Part shown: in pieces, positions 1 through 9,898 of the stretch | How the letters are laid out: every line of letters starts with the position of its first letter | How positions within the stretch are numbered: position 1 is the first letter of the stretch | NCBI GenBank assembly: GCA_050249215.1 | Contig: JBFWQX010000009.1 | Coordinates: 36,368-100,367, forward strand | DNA length: 64,000 nt | Source of the DNA: Afipia sp. | GTDB lineage: Bacteria; Pseudomonadota; Alphaproteobacteria; Rhizobiales; Xanthobacteraceae | Direction: 5' to 3' | Translations under genes and position numbers: made by a program | The notes under the pieces: model-generated | Seen by the model: only the letters and a program-made list of their open reading frames with translations | The model's database searches: none | Told to the model about the DNA's origin: nothing

Positions 1-1486
1 GCCGCCAGGGCGCATCCGCCGACTTGTAGATGATGTGGCGCAGGTCGTTGAGACGGCCGGGATTGGCGGGCTTGCCCGCCGCCAGCCACGCCTCGCGCGA
101 TTGCCCGCCCTTCCAGGCGCGTGTGGTGAAGCCGAGAATCTCGACCTTGACGCCGCAGCGCTCCAGCGTGCGCGCCAGAATGTCGGCGCAGGTCGCAGCC
201 ACCGTGATCGGCCGTCCGCGCATCGAGCCGGAATTGTCGAGCAGCAGCGTCACCACCGTATCGCGGAAGGTGGCTTCCTTCTCGTGCATGAACGAAAGCG
301 GATGGAACGGATCGGTCACGACGCGCGAGAGCCGCGCCGGATCGAGAATGCCTTCTTCCAGATCGAAGTCCCAGGCGCGGTTCTGCTGCGCCATCAGCTT
401 GCGCTGCAGCCGATTGGCGAGCCGCGCCACGATGTGCTGCAAATGGGCAAGCTGCTTGTCCAGATAGCTGCGCAGACGTTCCAGCTCATCGTGCTCGCAC
501 AGGTCTTCCGCCGAGACGACCTCGTCAAACTTCGGCGCGAAAGCATGATATTCCGGCCCGCGTGGTTCGTTGCCGCCGCGGCCCGGCGGACGGTGCGCCT
601 CACCCGGCGACTCGTCTTCGCCCATCTCGTTGTCGTCGAAGGCGTCGCTGGCGGACGCCTGCGCGCTTTCCATCGCATTCTCCGACATTTCCTCGGTCGA
701 AGACTGCGACTGGTCGGCGCTCATTTCTTCAGCGGCTTCGCTGTCGGGCGAACCGTCGGCGCCGGACTGATCCTTCTCGCCTTCGCGGTTCTCGTCCTGA
801 TCGTCGTCCTGATCCTGATCGGCGTTGGTTTCGTCGCCAAGCTCGAGCGCATCCAGCAGATCGTGAACCACGTCGCCGAAGCGTGACTGATCCTCGGTGA
901 ACTCTTTCAGGCGATCAAGACGCGTGCCGATCTTGTCTTCCAGAATCGGCCGCCAGAGATCGACCATCTTGCGCGCGGCCTGCGGCGGCGCGAGCCCGGT
1001 CAGCCGTTCACGCACCATCATCGCCAGCGCATCGGACAGCGGCGCGTCGGCGCGGTCGGTGATCTCGTCGTATTTGCCGCGATGGAAATGATCGTCCAGC
1101 ATCGCGGTGAGATTCTTGGCGACGCCGCTCATGCGCTTGGCGCCGATGGCTTCCACGCGGGCCTGCTCGACAGCCTCGAACACGCCGCGCGCCTGCGGAT
1201 TGCCCGGCACCAGCTTGCGATGCACCTTCGGATCGTGACAGGCGATGCGCAATGCGATGGAGTCGGCGTGGCCGCGCACAATGGCCGCATCCTTGCGCGT
1301 CAATTTTCGCGCGGGCTCCGGCAACCGCGCCTTGCCGGGCGACAGACCCGGACGCTCGGCGGCAAAGGTCACCTCGATTTCAGGCTGCTTCGCGATAGCC
1401 CGCAACGCCGACGTCACCGCGCGCTTGAACGGCTCCGTCGGCGATTCCTTCGACCCGGTCCTGAACTTGATGTTGGACGTTGTCAT
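1..1486 (-). CDS. cobT: cobaltochelatase subunit CobT, 3' end cut by the window edge
   Basis: Absent from the ORF track because there is no stop inside the window. Hand translation of the minus strand from ATG 1486-1484 gives [48 protein letters not shown]... It continues through a long acidic D/E linker to a vWA-type segment, [45 protein letters not shown]. The frame stays open to position 1 and lies downstream of cobS. Confidence 0.85.
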   Translation of the reverse strand, partial: MTTSNIKFRTGSKESPTEPFKRAVTSALRAIAKQPEIEVTFAAERPGLSPGKARLPEPARKLTRKDAAIVRGHADSIALRIACHDPKVHRKLVPGNPQARGVFEAVEQARVEAIGAKRMSGVAKNLTAMLDDHFHRGKYDEITDRADAPLSDALAMMVRERLTGLAPPQAARKMVDLWRPILEDKIGTRLDRLKEFTEDQSRFGDVVHDLLDALELGDETNADQDQDDDQDENREGEKDQSGADGSPDSEAAEEMSADQSQSSTEEMSENAMESAQASASDAFDDNEMGEDESPGEAHRPPGRGGNEPRGPEYHAFAPKFDEVVSAEDLCEHDELERLRSYLDKQLAHLQHIVARLANRLQRKLMAQQNRAWDFDLEEGILDPARLSRVVTDPFHPLSFMHEKEATFRDTVVTLLLDNSGSMRGRPITVAATCADILARTLERCGVKVEILGFTTRAWKGGQSREAWLAAGKPANPGRLNDLRHIIYKSADAPWR

Positions 1487-1491
1487 CGCAG

Positions 1492-1797
1492 CTATCCCAG
1501 CCACCAATCCGATGCCGCTTTGTCATGAGATTTCGCGACATCGCGACGGAAGACATCTTTCCCGATTTTCAGGATGAGCGCCAAACCGAGCCAGAACCCG
1601 AACAGGATAACAACGTGCTTCACAAACAAGAATGCGAACGGGAGAGAAAAATTAAGGGCAGCTTCAATCGTAAGACAGCCCCTCGATCCGCAAAAAATGT
1701 AGTGACCACGCTGGGTGATGTTGAAAACGATAATGGCGAGGGCCCCAATTGCAGCCAGCGCCAAGAGCGTCGCTGAAATCAGGGCCGGTCGCCTCAT
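1492..1797 (-). CDS. hypothetical small membrane protein (101 aa) between cobS and cobT
   Basis: [28 protein letters not shown]...[25 protein letters not shown] has 2-3 hydrophobic spans. Its ATG (1797-1795) directly follows the cobS stop (1800-1798). Its stop (1494-1492) lies 5 nt before the cobT ATG. G+C is clearly lower than in the flanks (about 52-53% by hand count). No family recognised. Confidence 0.45.
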   Translation of the reverse strand: MRRPALISATLLALAAIGALAIIVFNITQRGHYIFCGSRGCLTIEAALNFSLPFAFLFVKHVVILFGFWLGLALILKIGKDVFRRDVAKSHDKAASDWWLG

Positions 1798-2796
1798 CTA
1801 CGACAACGCCACGTTGACAGCGCTTTCCGGCAGCTCCGCGTTGAAGCAGCGCTGATAGAATTCCGCCACCAGCGGACGCTCGAGTTCGTCGCACTTGTTG
1901 AGGAAGGTGACACGGAACGCGAAGCCGATATCGCCGAAAATCTCGGCGTTCTCGGCCCAGGTGATGACCGTGCGCGGGCTCATCACCGTGGAGAGATCGC
2001 CGTTGGCGAAGGCGTTGCGCGTCAGGTCCGCGAGACGGACCATCTTGTTGACGATGTCCCGGCCCGCGTCGGTCTGATAGTGCTTGGCCTTGGCCAGAAC
2101 GATCTCGACCTCGTTGTCATGCGGCAGATAGTTCAGCGTGGTCACGATCGACCAGCGGTCCATCTGGCCCTGGTTGATCTGCTGGGTGCCGTGATAGAGG
2201 CCCGACGTATCGCCGAGGCCGATGGTGTTGGCGGTGGCGAACAGGCGGAACGCCGGATGCGGCTTGATCACCTTGTTCTGGTCGAGCAGCGTCAGGCGGC
2301 CCGAGACTTCGAGCACGCGCTGGATGACGAACATCACGTCCGGTCGGCCCGCGTCATATTCGTCGAACACCAGCGCGACATTGTGCTGAAGCGCCCATGG
2401 CAGGATGCCGTCGCGGAATTCCGTGACCTGTTTGCCGTCCTTCACGACAATCGAGTCCTTGCCGACGAGGTCAATGCGGCTGATATGGCTGTCGAGGTTG
2501 ACGCGCACGCACGGCCAGTTCAGCCGCGCCGCGACCTGCTCGATATGGGTCGATTTGCCGGTGCCGTGGAAGCCCGTGACCATGACACGGCGGTTCTTCG
2601 AGAAGCCCGCAAGGATGGCAAGCGTGGTGGCACGGTCGAAACGGTAGTCCGAATCGACGTCGGGCACATGGGGATCGCTGTTGGAGTAGGCAGGAACCTC
2701 AAGGTCGCTGTCGATACCGAAGACCTGGCGAACCGACACCTTCATGTCGGGGAGGTTCGTGACTTCCTGGGATAGAGTCGTGGCGGCGCTCATCAA
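1798..2796 (-). CDS. cobS: cobaltochelatase subunit CobS (AAA+/MoxR-like ATPase)
   Basis: 332-aa ORF with Walker [14 protein letters not shown] and Walker B-like [14 protein letters not shown]. Typical CobS length, sequence and pairing with cobT. Confidence 0.93.
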   Translation of the reverse strand: MMSAATTLSQEVTNLPDMKVSVRQVFGIDSDLEVPAYSNSDPHVPDVDSDYRFDRATTLAILAGFSKNRRVMVTGFHGTGKSTHIEQVAARLNWPCVRVNLDSHISRIDLVGKDSIVVKDGKQVTEFRDGILPWALQHNVALVFDEYDAGRPDVMFVIQRVLEVSGRLTLLDQNKVIKPHPAFRLFATANTIGLGDTSGLYHGTQQINQGQMDRWSIVTTLNYLPHDNEVEIVLAKAKHYQTDAGRDIVNKMVRLADLTRNAFANGDLSTVMSPRTVITWAENAEIFGDIGFAFRVTFLNKCDELERPLVAEFYQRCFNAELPESAVNVALS

Positions 2797-3067
2797 TCCT
2801 CCGTGGTCCCGGATGCTCCCGAAACCAGTCGTGCTTGCTGCGGGTGGGGTGCGTTCTTCAACCTAGCAGACAGATGCGAACGGCAGAAGCCCACCCCGTG
2901 ATGAAAGTTCCATCGTATTTTCATCGAGATAGGCAATTTTCGCAGCTTTGGTAGGTCTGCCCTGCGATGGACGGGGAACACGGGATTCGAGGCCATTGGC
3001 TCGCGGTTTGCGCCTGAGCCACCGCTATGCTGGATTCGGGAGCAAACGCGCCAATATCGGACGTCAG

Positions 3068-3706
3068 GTGGCTTCATACTTTCAGCAACTGATCGGCTTC
3101 GTCTCCCTTCATGCGGCGCTGGCCTATGCCGCGATCTTCCTTGCGGCCTTCCTTGAGGCCGTCTCTGTTCTGGGCACGCTCGTTCCGGGATCCACGATCA
3201 TTCTGGCGCTGAGTGTGCTGATCCCCGGCGGAAGCCTGCATCTCGTCCCGGTGCTGGCGTCCGCCGTTGCCGGTGCCATCATCGGCGAAGCGATTGCCTA
3301 CATGATCGGCCATATCAGTCAGCGCCGGGTGCTGACGTCGTGGCCGCTGTCGAACTATCCGGCGGTGGTGATGCAAAGCGAGGAATTCTTCCATCGCTAC
3401 GGACTCTTCGCCGTGTTCCTCGCACGGTTTGTGCCGCCGGTGCGGGCGATCGTTCCCATCGTCGCAGGCGCGCTCGGCATGCCACCGCGGCAGTTTTATT
3501 CCGCAAGCATCGCCGCGTGCCTGCTCTGGGCGCCGGCGCATGTGCTGCCGGGTCTGCTGGCGGGCTCCGCCGCGGAGCGCTGGGGCATGAAGATCGAACA
3601 TTATGGATTGCCGCTGGCCGGCGGTATCGTCGCCGTTGGATGTCTGGCGGTGGCCGCGCGATACTGGCGTCAGCGGCGCAAGGCTGCGGCGGATTCAAAC
3701 CGGTAA
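3068..3706 (+). CDS. DedA/SNARE-associated family membrane protein
   Basis: Part of ORF 2948..3706. The DedA-like sequence is AAIFLAAFLEAVSVLGTLVPGSTII...YGLFAVFLARFVPPVRAIVPIVAGALGM. The in-frame GTG at 3068 (VASYFQQL) is a more plausible start than the long N-terminal extension. Confidence 0.8.
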   Translation: MASYFQQLIGFVSLHAALAYAAIFLAAFLEAVSVLGTLVPGSTIILALSVLIPGGSLHLVPVLASAVAGAIIGEAIAYMIGHISQRRVLTSWPLSNYPAVVMQSEEFFHRYGLFAVFLARFVPPVRAIVPIVAGALGMPPRQFYSASIAACLLWAPAHVLPGLLAGSAAERWGMKIEHYGLPLAGGIVAVGCLAVAARYWRQRRKAAADSNR

Positions 3707-3719
3707 CGGAGGACTTCCG

Positions 3720-4247
3720 GTGAAGCGGACAAGCATCCCGGCTTTTTCAGACCGCAATGTCGCGAAGGTGTTTGACGCTTATCCCGCAGACATCCGCGCC
3801 AGGCTGATGCGGCTGCGCGCGATCATCCTCTCGTCTGCCAAGGATATCGACGGCGTCGGCCCGCTCGACGAAACATTGAAATGGGGCCAGCCCAGCTATC
3901 TCACCACCGAATCCGGCAGCGGAAGCACCATCCGGATCGGCCGCGAAAAGACCGACGGCCGCATCGCGATGTATTTCCACTGCCAGACCGATCTGGTCGC
4001 GACCTTCCGCGAACTCTATCCGACACAGATGACCTACGGCGGCAACCGCAGCATCCTGTTCGGCGCCTCGGACAGAATTCCGGAAAAGGCGCTGCGCCAC
4101 TGCATCGGGCTGGCGCTGACCTATCACGCACGCAAGAGCGCGGCGAAAAGCAACAAAGTTCCTGTCAGGAAACCGGCTTCAAGAACAACGCCTGCTTCCG
4201 CCAGACCGAAGGCCGCCGCCCTCAAGCCTCGCGCACGACGGTCTTGA
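3720..4247 (+). CDS. DUF1801 (YdhG-like) domain protein with basic C-terminal tail
   Basis: In-frame GTG at 3720 preceded by GGAGG (3707-3711). Sequence FDAYPADIRARLMRLRAIILSS...ETLKWGQPSYL...IAMYFHCQTDLV resembles DUF1801. The family call is from memory only. Confidence 0.55.
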   Translation: MKRTSIPAFSDRNVAKVFDAYPADIRARLMRLRAIILSSAKDIDGVGPLDETLKWGQPSYLTTESGSGSTIRIGREKTDGRIAMYFHCQTDLVATFRELYPTQMTYGGNRSILFGASDRIPEKALRHCIGLALTYHARKSAAKSNKVPVRKPASRTTPASARPKAAALKPRARRS

Positions 4248-4872
4248 GATAGTTGTAGGCCTTGATGATCTCGATCAGGCGATCCTCGGTGGAGCGGTCG
4301 CCGCCATTGGCATCGGGATGATGCTGCTTCACCAGCAGCTTGTATTTCGCCTTCACCGTTTCCAGCGTCGCGTCGGGACCAAGCCCCATCACCAGCAACG
4401 CCTTCTTCTCGGCGTTGAAGATCTTTCGCGTTTCCGCTTTCGGCTCTTCCGCCTTGGCATTGGCGCGCCAGCGTCCGCCACGGCCATTCATCTCGCTGAA
4501 AACGCTGAACGGATCGACGGCGTCGTCGAGATTGACCTGACCCGACTTGCCTTTGCCCTTGGCGCCGTTCTGGCCCATCTTCCAGGTCGGGCGATGGCCG
4601 GTCTGCGCATCCTTCTGGTAGGTGGCGACGGCCTCGTCGCTCATGCCCTGAAAGAAGTTGTAGCCCTGATTGTATTCGCGGACGTGATTGAGACAGAAGT
4701 GCCAGTAGTCCTTTTCATGGCCACGGCCCTTCGGCGCACGATGCGCGCCCCGGTTCTTGCAGCCCGGAGCCTCGCACATCACCGCCTCCTCGCGCGCAGC
4801 CTTCTGCTTCGCGGCGGTCTTGGTCGGCTTGACGCGGATGCTGTCAAAGAATTTCGATGAGTCGATAGCCAT
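4222..4872 (-). CDS. J-domain (DnaJ-like) protein with C-terminal J domain
   Basis: 216-aa ORF. The C-terminus LLVMGLGPDATLETVKAKYKLLVKQHHPDANGGDRSTEDRLIEIIKAYNYLK carries the HPD motif. There is an N-terminal Cys/His cluster. Divergent from bolA, as is common in alphaproteobacteria. Confidence 0.8.
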   Translation of the reverse strand: MAIDSSKFFDSIRVKPTKTAAKQKAAREEAVMCEAPGCKNRGAHRAPKGRGHEKDYWHFCLNHVREYNQGYNFFQGMSDEAVATYQKDAQTGHRPTWKMGQNGAKGKGKSGQVNLDDAVDPFSVFSEMNGRGGRWRANAKAEEPKAETRKIFNAEKKALLVMGLGPDATLETVKAKYKLLVKQHHPDANGGDRSTEDRLIEIIKAYNYLKTVVREA

Positions 4873-5014
4873 GGCGGATAATGACGAGCCTGAATGCGAG
4901 CTTCGATTCCGAAGCGATTTTTCAAGAGCGCAGAGTATACATCACCGCGCGGGTGAACCGCAATTGAAACGGCTCTATTGACCTTGGCGAATAACGCACG
5001 ATATTGCGCGGATC

Positions 5015-5320
5015 ATGACGGTCAGGGACACAATCACAAAGAAGTTGAGCGAGGCTTTCGCACCCGACAGCCTCGATGTTGCGGATGAGTCCCATTTGCA
5101 TGAAGGCCACGCCGGCCACCGGCCGGGCGGCGAAACGCATTTCAGAGTCTATATCGTGTCGAAAGCGTTCGAGGGGAAGACCCGGGTCGACCGCCACCGC
5201 ATGATAAATACGTTACTGGCGCCGGAACTGTCAGGCCCGGTTCATGCGCTGGCGCTTCATGCCCACACCCCCGGCGAGAACAGCCGCCGCCCCGCACCGG
5301 CGGAAGCCTGCAAGCACTGA
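5015..5320 (+). CDS. bolA: BolA family protein
   Basis: 101-aa ORF with DESHLHEGHAGHRPGGETHFRVYIVSKAFEGKTRVDRHRMINTLL, a typical BolA fold signature. Confidence 0.85.
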   Translation: MTVRDTITKKLSEAFAPDSLDVADESHLHEGHAGHRPGGETHFRVYIVSKAFEGKTRVDRHRMINTLLAPELSGPVHALALHAHTPGENSRRPAPAEACKH

Positions 5321-5324
5321 GGCT

Positions 5325-6674
5325 TCAGAACGCCGTTCCGGCCTTCGGTTTCTTTTCCGGCAGATCGCTCTCGCGCGGCAGCGGCACGATGCGCAGCGCC
5401 GTGATGCGGTTGCGCTCGCGGCGGAGCACGCGGAAGCGAAAACCGTGGAACGTAAAGCTCTGGCCGCGATCGGGGATCGAGCGCGCCTCGTGAATCACAA
5501 GGCCAGCGATGGTGGTCGCTTCCTCGTCCGGCAGGTGCCAGTCCATCGCACGATTGAGATCGCGGATCGGAACCGATCCATCGACCACGACCGAGCCATC
5601 GGGCTGCGCGCGCACGCCTGCCACCGCGACGTCGTGCTCGTCGGAAATGTCGCCGACGATTTCTTCCAGAATGTCTTCCAGCGTCACGAGGCCTTCGACC
5701 TCGCCATATTCGTCGACCACCAGCGCGAAGTGGGTCTTGCGGCGGCGGAAGGCCTTGAGCTGCTCGGACAGAGGCCGCATTTCCGGAACGAACCACGGCG
5801 GCAGGGCCAGCGCCGCCACGTCGATCTTGGACAGATCGCCGTCATTGGTGCGGATCGCGCGCAGCAGATCCTTGGCGTGAAGTACGCCGATGATGTTTTC
5901 CGGCTTCTCGCGCCAGAGCGGAATGCGGGTGTATTCCGAATCGAGAATCGCCTCGATGACCGCATCGCGCGGGCCATCGACATTGACGCTGATCATCTTG
6001 GTGCGGTGGACCATCACATCCGACACCGCCAGATCGCCGAACCGGAACACGTTCTGGATATATTCGGCCTCGCCGCTTTCGATCTTGCCGTGCTCGGCGG
6101 ACTCCTCCACCAGCCCCTCGATTTCGGAATCGGTGAGAATCTCGCTTTGCGAGGATTCCTTGACGCCGAGAAGCCGGAGAATTCCGCGCGAGGCCCCGTT
6201 CAACAGCCAGTTCAGCGGATACAGAACGAGATAGGACGCATGGAGCGGATAGGCGATCCATTGCGACACCGGAATCGGCTCGCGAATCGCCAGCGTCTTC
6301 GGCACCTGCTCGCCGATCACGATGTGAAGCGAGGAGAACACCAGAAAGCCGGTGATGAAGGCGGTGAAATGCAGCGCGGAGTCGGGCAGACCCAGTGGCT
6401 CGAGCACCGGCTTGAGCAACGCCGCCACCGTCGGCTCGCCGACCCAGCCGAGACCGAGCGACGCCATGGTGATGCCGAGCTGACAGCAGGCGAGATAGGC
6501 CTCGATATTGCTCATCATCTGCAACAGGAGGCGGGCGCCGAAGCGGTTCTGTTCGGCCATCGCCTTGACGCGAAACCCGCGGCTCTTCACCAGCGCGAAT
6601 TCCGCCGCCACGTAGAACGCATTGGCGGCGAGCAGAAGAGTGGCGATCAGCAGATTGACGGCGGCCGAATTCAT
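5325..6674 (-). CDS. HlyC/CorC (TlyC) family transporter: DUF21 + CBS pair + CorC_HlyC
   Basis: 449-aa ORF with an N-terminal DUF21 membrane domain (FYVAAEFALVKSR), CBS-region motifs (VSDVMVHRTKM, IPLWREKPENIIGVLHAKDLL) and the C-terminal transporter-associated domain. Confidence 0.9.
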   Translation of the reverse strand: MNSAAVNLLIATLLLAANAFYVAAEFALVKSRGFRVKAMAEQNRFGARLLLQMMSNIEAYLACCQLGITMASLGLGWVGEPTVAALLKPVLEPLGLPDSALHFTAFITGFLVFSSLHIVIGEQVPKTLAIREPIPVSQWIAYPLHASYLVLYPLNWLLNGASRGILRLLGVKESSQSEILTDSEIEGLVEESAEHGKIESGEAEYIQNVFRFGDLAVSDVMVHRTKMISVNVDGPRDAVIEAILDSEYTRIPLWREKPENIIGVLHAKDLLRAIRTNDGDLSKIDVAALALPPWFVPEMRPLSEQLKAFRRRKTHFALVVDEYGEVEGLVTLEDILEEIVGDISDEHDVAVAGVRAQPDGSVVVDGSVPIRDLNRAMDWHLPDEEATTIAGLVIHEARSIPDRGQSFTFHGFRFRVLRRERNRITALRIVPLPRESDLPEKKPKAGTAF

Positions 6675-6716
6675 GTCTGTTCCGGTCCTGGCTTCATCTG
6701 CCCGGACAACTTTCCA

Positions 6717-7877
6717 TTAGCCTGACAGTTTTTCCTGAAGGAAATCGCGCACCTTCATTGGGTCGACATCGTTGACGATCACGGCCTTGCCGATCGCTTC
6801 CAGCAGGATGAACGTGAGCTTGCCGCGCTTGACCTTTTTGTCCTGCCCCATCAGGGCCAGCAACCTGTCCGCATCGCCGAGACCCTCCTGCTGGAAGCCC
6901 GCAATGTCCTGCAGCCGGGTCGGCAAGCCGACCGATGCCAGATGACGCTGCACGCGCGCGGCCTCCGCCGCCGGAATCATATCGAGGCGTGCCGAGAACT
7001 CCGCGGCGAGCACCATGCCCACGGCAACGCCCTCGCCGTGGAACAGCCGATCCGAGAAACCGGTCGCGGCTTCCAGCGCATGGCCGAAGGTATGTCCAAG
7101 GTTAAGCAGCGCGCGGTCGCCGGTCTCGCGCTCGTCGCGCGCCACAATCGCCGCCTTGGCGCGGCAGCTCATGGCAATCGCATGTTCGCGCGCGCCGCCG
7201 CCTGCGAAAATCTCGGCGTGGTTGGCATCCAGCCAGTTGAAAAACTCCAGATCGCCCAGCACGCCATATTTGGCCACTTCGGCATAGCCTGCGCGGAACT
7301 GGCGCGGCGACAATGTATCGAGCACCGACGTATCAGCGATCACCAGCACCGGCTGATGAAAGGCGCCCACCAGATTCTTGCCATGCGGCGAATTGATTCC
7401 GGTCTTGCCGCCGACCGATGAATCAACCTGCGCCAGCAGCGAGGTCGGAACCTGTACGAAATCGACGCCGCGCCGGACAATCGACGCGGCAAAGCCCGCG
7501 AGATCGCCGATCACGCCGCCGCCGAGCGCGACCACAAGATCGTTGCGCTCGATCTTCGCGGCGATCAGGCCTTCGGACACCTCTTGCAAGACGCCGTAGC
7601 TTTTTGAGGCCTCGCCCTCGCCGACCACGATGCGCGAGGACGCGATGCCGGCCTCCGCCAGCGCAGCTTCGGTCTGGGACAGCCAGTGTTGCGCGACGGT
7701 GCGGTCGGTGACGATGGCGACGCGCGCGCCGGGCCGCAGCCTGGCGATGCGCTGGCCCAGCGAGGGCAGCACATCGCGGCCGATGACGATGTCATAGGCG
7801 CGGTGGCCGAGCGCGACGCCGACAGTGACCGGATTTTCCGTCACCGGATTCGAGGTCTTCACAGAAGTGGTCATCAT
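6717..7877 (-). CDS. aroB: 3-dehydroquinate synthase
   Basis: The ORF contains GGGVIGDLAGFAAS, VDSSVGGKTGIN and LNLGHTFGHALE. I place the start at ATG 7877, which overlaps the aroK stop (ATGATGA), rather than the track's 7937. Confidence 0.92.
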   Translation of the reverse strand: MMTTSVKTSNPVTENPVTVGVALGHRAYDIVIGRDVLPSLGQRIARLRPGARVAIVTDRTVAQHWLSQTEAALAEAGIASSRIVVGEGEASKSYGVLQEVSEGLIAAKIERNDLVVALGGGVIGDLAGFAASIVRRGVDFVQVPTSLLAQVDSSVGGKTGINSPHGKNLVGAFHQPVLVIADTSVLDTLSPRQFRAGYAEVAKYGVLGDLEFFNWLDANHAEIFAGGGAREHAIAMSCRAKAAIVARDERETGDRALLNLGHTFGHALEAATGFSDRLFHGEGVAVGMVLAAEFSARLDMIPAAEAARVQRHLASVGLPTRLQDIAGFQQEGLGDADRLLALMGQDKKVKRGKLTFILLEAIGKAVIVNDVDPMKVRDFLQEKLSG

Positions 7878-8488
7878 GTTCCGCTGGAGTGTGACGCGCC
7901 GGCAGGCAGCAAATGCGCGGAGAGCGCGTCGATGCATTCATCGACGATCTTTTCGTGCGGCACGTCACGCGACGCCACCGCCAGATCGGCGAACTGATAA
8001 TAGGGGCTGCGCTCGGCGATCAGCCGCTCGATGGTCGCGGCGGGATCGGCAGTCTGCAGCAACGGCCTGTCGGCGCGGCGCCTGACGCGCTTGAGGATCA
8101 CGTCGCCGTCCGCCTTCAGCCAGATCGACACCGCCTTGTCGCGAATCCGGCAGCGTGTCTCCTCGCGCATGAAGGCGCCGCCGCCGGTCGCGATCACGCA
8201 GGAGCCGCCATCCAGCAGACGCGCGATCACCCGCGCCTCGCCATCGCGAAAATACGGCTCGCCATGCTGCGCGAAGATTTCGCTGACCGTCATGCCCGCA
8301 TGCGCGACTTCGATTTCATGATCGGCATCGAGAAACGGCATATGCAGCCGAGCGCCCAGGCGCCGACCGATGGTCGACTTGCCCGACCCCATCATGCCGA
8401 CCAGCACGACCGGACGGCCGTGCAGGGCCGCGACGATGTCGGCCTCGCGGGTCGTGCTGTCCTGATGTCTGGCCGCGATCTCGGTCAT
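7874..8488 (-). CDS. aroK: shikimate kinase
   Basis: 204-aa ORF with P-loop LVGMMGSGKSTIGRRLG and ATGGGAF. Forms the aroK-aroB operon arrangement. Confidence 0.92.
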   Translation of the reverse strand: MTEIAARHQDSTTREADIVAALHGRPVVLVGMMGSGKSTIGRRLGARLHMPFLDADHEIEVAHAGMTVSEIFAQHGEPYFRDGEARVIARLLDGGSCVIATGGGAFMREETRCRIRDKAVSIWLKADGDVILKRVRRRADRPLLQTADPAATIERLIAERSPYYQFADLAVASRDVPHEKIVDECIDALSAHLLPAGASHSSGT

Positions 8489-8674
8489 TTCTGGCTCGGT
8501 TGGGCCGCGGAGCGGCTAAACGTCACCTATACTACTCCTGCGGTTACCGCCGCTAGAGACTCTTGCCGAACCGGCGCGAACATGTTGGTACTTTGGAACG
8601 GCAGAACCGTCGTTCGGCTGGTTAACGCGCCGCCTGACGCGGCTTCCCTGAAGGTTAATTCGAGGCTTTCCGCG

Positions 8675-8821
8675 ATGCCCAGCCTGTTTCGCTTCCTGAC
8701 GGTCGTCGCCATCATAGGCGGGCTGATCTATGGCGGCATTTTCGCGCTGGCCAATTTCGTCAATCCGAAGCCGCGTGAAATGACGGTCAGCGTTCCGCCC
8801 GACAGATTCCTCAAGCGATAA
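8675..8821 (+). CDS. hypothetical small membrane protein (48 aa)
   Basis: C-terminal part of track ORF 7913..8821, starting at ATG 8675: MPSLFRFLTVVAIIGGLIYGGIFALANFVNPKPREMTVSVPPDRFLKR. It has one clear TM helix and fills the aroK/xerD gap. Only a weak RBS is visible. Confidence 0.4.
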   Translation: MPSLFRFLTVVAIIGGLIYGGIFALANFVNPKPREMTVSVPPDRFLKR

Positions 8822-8834
8822 ACGGCGGGGGATC

Positions 8835-9794
8835 ATGCCCTCCGAGACAGCTTCCGACACCCGCTCGATTTCACTGTTCCTCGATATGCTGGCGGCCGAA
8901 CAGGGCGCGGGCGTCAACACACTCGACGCCTATCGCGGCGACCTCGAAGACCTCTCCGGCTTTCTTGCCCGGCAGAAATCATCGTTCCAGACCGCCGACA
9001 CGCAGATGCTGCGCGGCTATCTCGACGATCTCGACACGCGCGGGTTCAAGTCGTCCAGCATCGCGCGCAAGCTGTCATCGACGCGCCATCTGTTTCGCTT
9101 TCTCTTGAACGAACGCCTGCGCACGGATGATCCGGCGGCGATCCTGTCCGGACCGAAACGCGGACGCGCTCTGCCGAAAGTCCTGTCCATCGCCGATGTC
9201 GATCGCCTGCTCACACAGGCGAAGACTTCCGCAAGCCTCCCGGACCAATCGCAACTGCAGATGCTGCGCGCGCTGCGCCTCTCCTGTCTGCTTGAAGTCC
9301 TGTACGCCACCGGCCTGCGCGTCTCCGAACTGGTGGCGCTGCCACTCTCCGCCGCGCGGCGCGATGCGCGCATGATCGTGGTGCGCGGCAAGGGCAACAA
9401 GGAACGCCTCGTCCCGCTCAACGACTCCTCCAAGCAGGCGATGGCGGATTATCTCGCCGCGCTCGACGCGGCGCATAAGGACTCCAGAAAACCGGCGGCC
9501 GCCTCGAAGTGGCTGTTTCCCTCGTCAGGCGAAAGCGGCCACCTGACGCGGCAGCATTTCGCGCGCGATCTCAAGGAGCTGGCGGCGGCGGCGGGCATCG
9601 CGCCGCGCCTCGTCAGCCCGCATGTGCTGCGTCACGCCTTCGCATCTCACCTGCTGCACAACGGAGCCGATCTGCGAATCGTTCAGACATTGCTCGGTCA
9701 CACCGACATCTCCACGACGCAGATCTACACCCATATCGTCGAAGAACGGCTGAAGAGCCTGGTGCGCGACCTGCATCCGCTGGCCGATAAATGA
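8835..9794 (+). CDS. xerD: site-specific tyrosine recombinase XerD
   Basis: 319-aa ORF with an N-terminal SAM-like domain (FLDMLAAEQGAGVNTLDAYRGDL) and a catalytic C-terminus HVLRHAFASHLLHNGADLRIVQTLLGHTDISTTQIYTH. Confidence 0.9.
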   Translation: MPSETASDTRSISLFLDMLAAEQGAGVNTLDAYRGDLEDLSGFLARQKSSFQTADTQMLRGYLDDLDTRGFKSSSIARKLSSTRHLFRFLLNERLRTDDPAAILSGPKRGRALPKVLSIADVDRLLTQAKTSASLPDQSQLQMLRALRLSCLLEVLYATGLRVSELVALPLSAARRDARMIVVRGKGNKERLVPLNDSSKQAMADYLAALDAAHKDSRKPAAASKWLFPSSGESGHLTRQHFARDLKELAAAAGIAPRLVSPHVLRHAFASHLLHNGADLRIVQTLLGHTDISTTQIYTHIVEERLKSLVRDLHPLADK

Positions 9795-9807
9795 CCCCTT
9801 AAAAACC

Positions 9808-9885
9808 CCAGTGTGGTGGTTCGCAAGTCCGCATTGCTCTCGAAGCACGCCCGGTTTGCGAACTTGCGAACCAAGACCACACTGG
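9808..9885. repeat. long imperfect palindrome, CCAGTGTGG type
   Basis: The left arm ccagtgtggtggttcgcaagt (9808-9828) pairs with acttgcgaaccaagaccacactgg (9862-9885). This gives 10 bp + 11 bp with a 3-nt bulge and a 33-nt loop. The basal motif is the same as in the hairpin at 52124-52201. Confidence 0.8.
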
Positions 9886-9898
9886 AATGATATTTGGC

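Noticed and set aside
2797-2947. Cobalamin riboswitch upstream of cobS
   Set aside because: The ~150-nt leader is too short and lacks the B12-box (GCCACTG) and the conserved GGTGCC/AGGGAA core elements. Only a generic GGGTGGG/CCCACCC stem is present.
8835-9794. Tyrosine recombinase as the integrase of a genomic island, with the neighbouring hairpins as att sites
   Set aside because: The sequence and its context (aroK-aroB upstream, accA downstream) are those of chromosomal XerD. There is no tRNA, no direct repeats and no cargo genes nearby.
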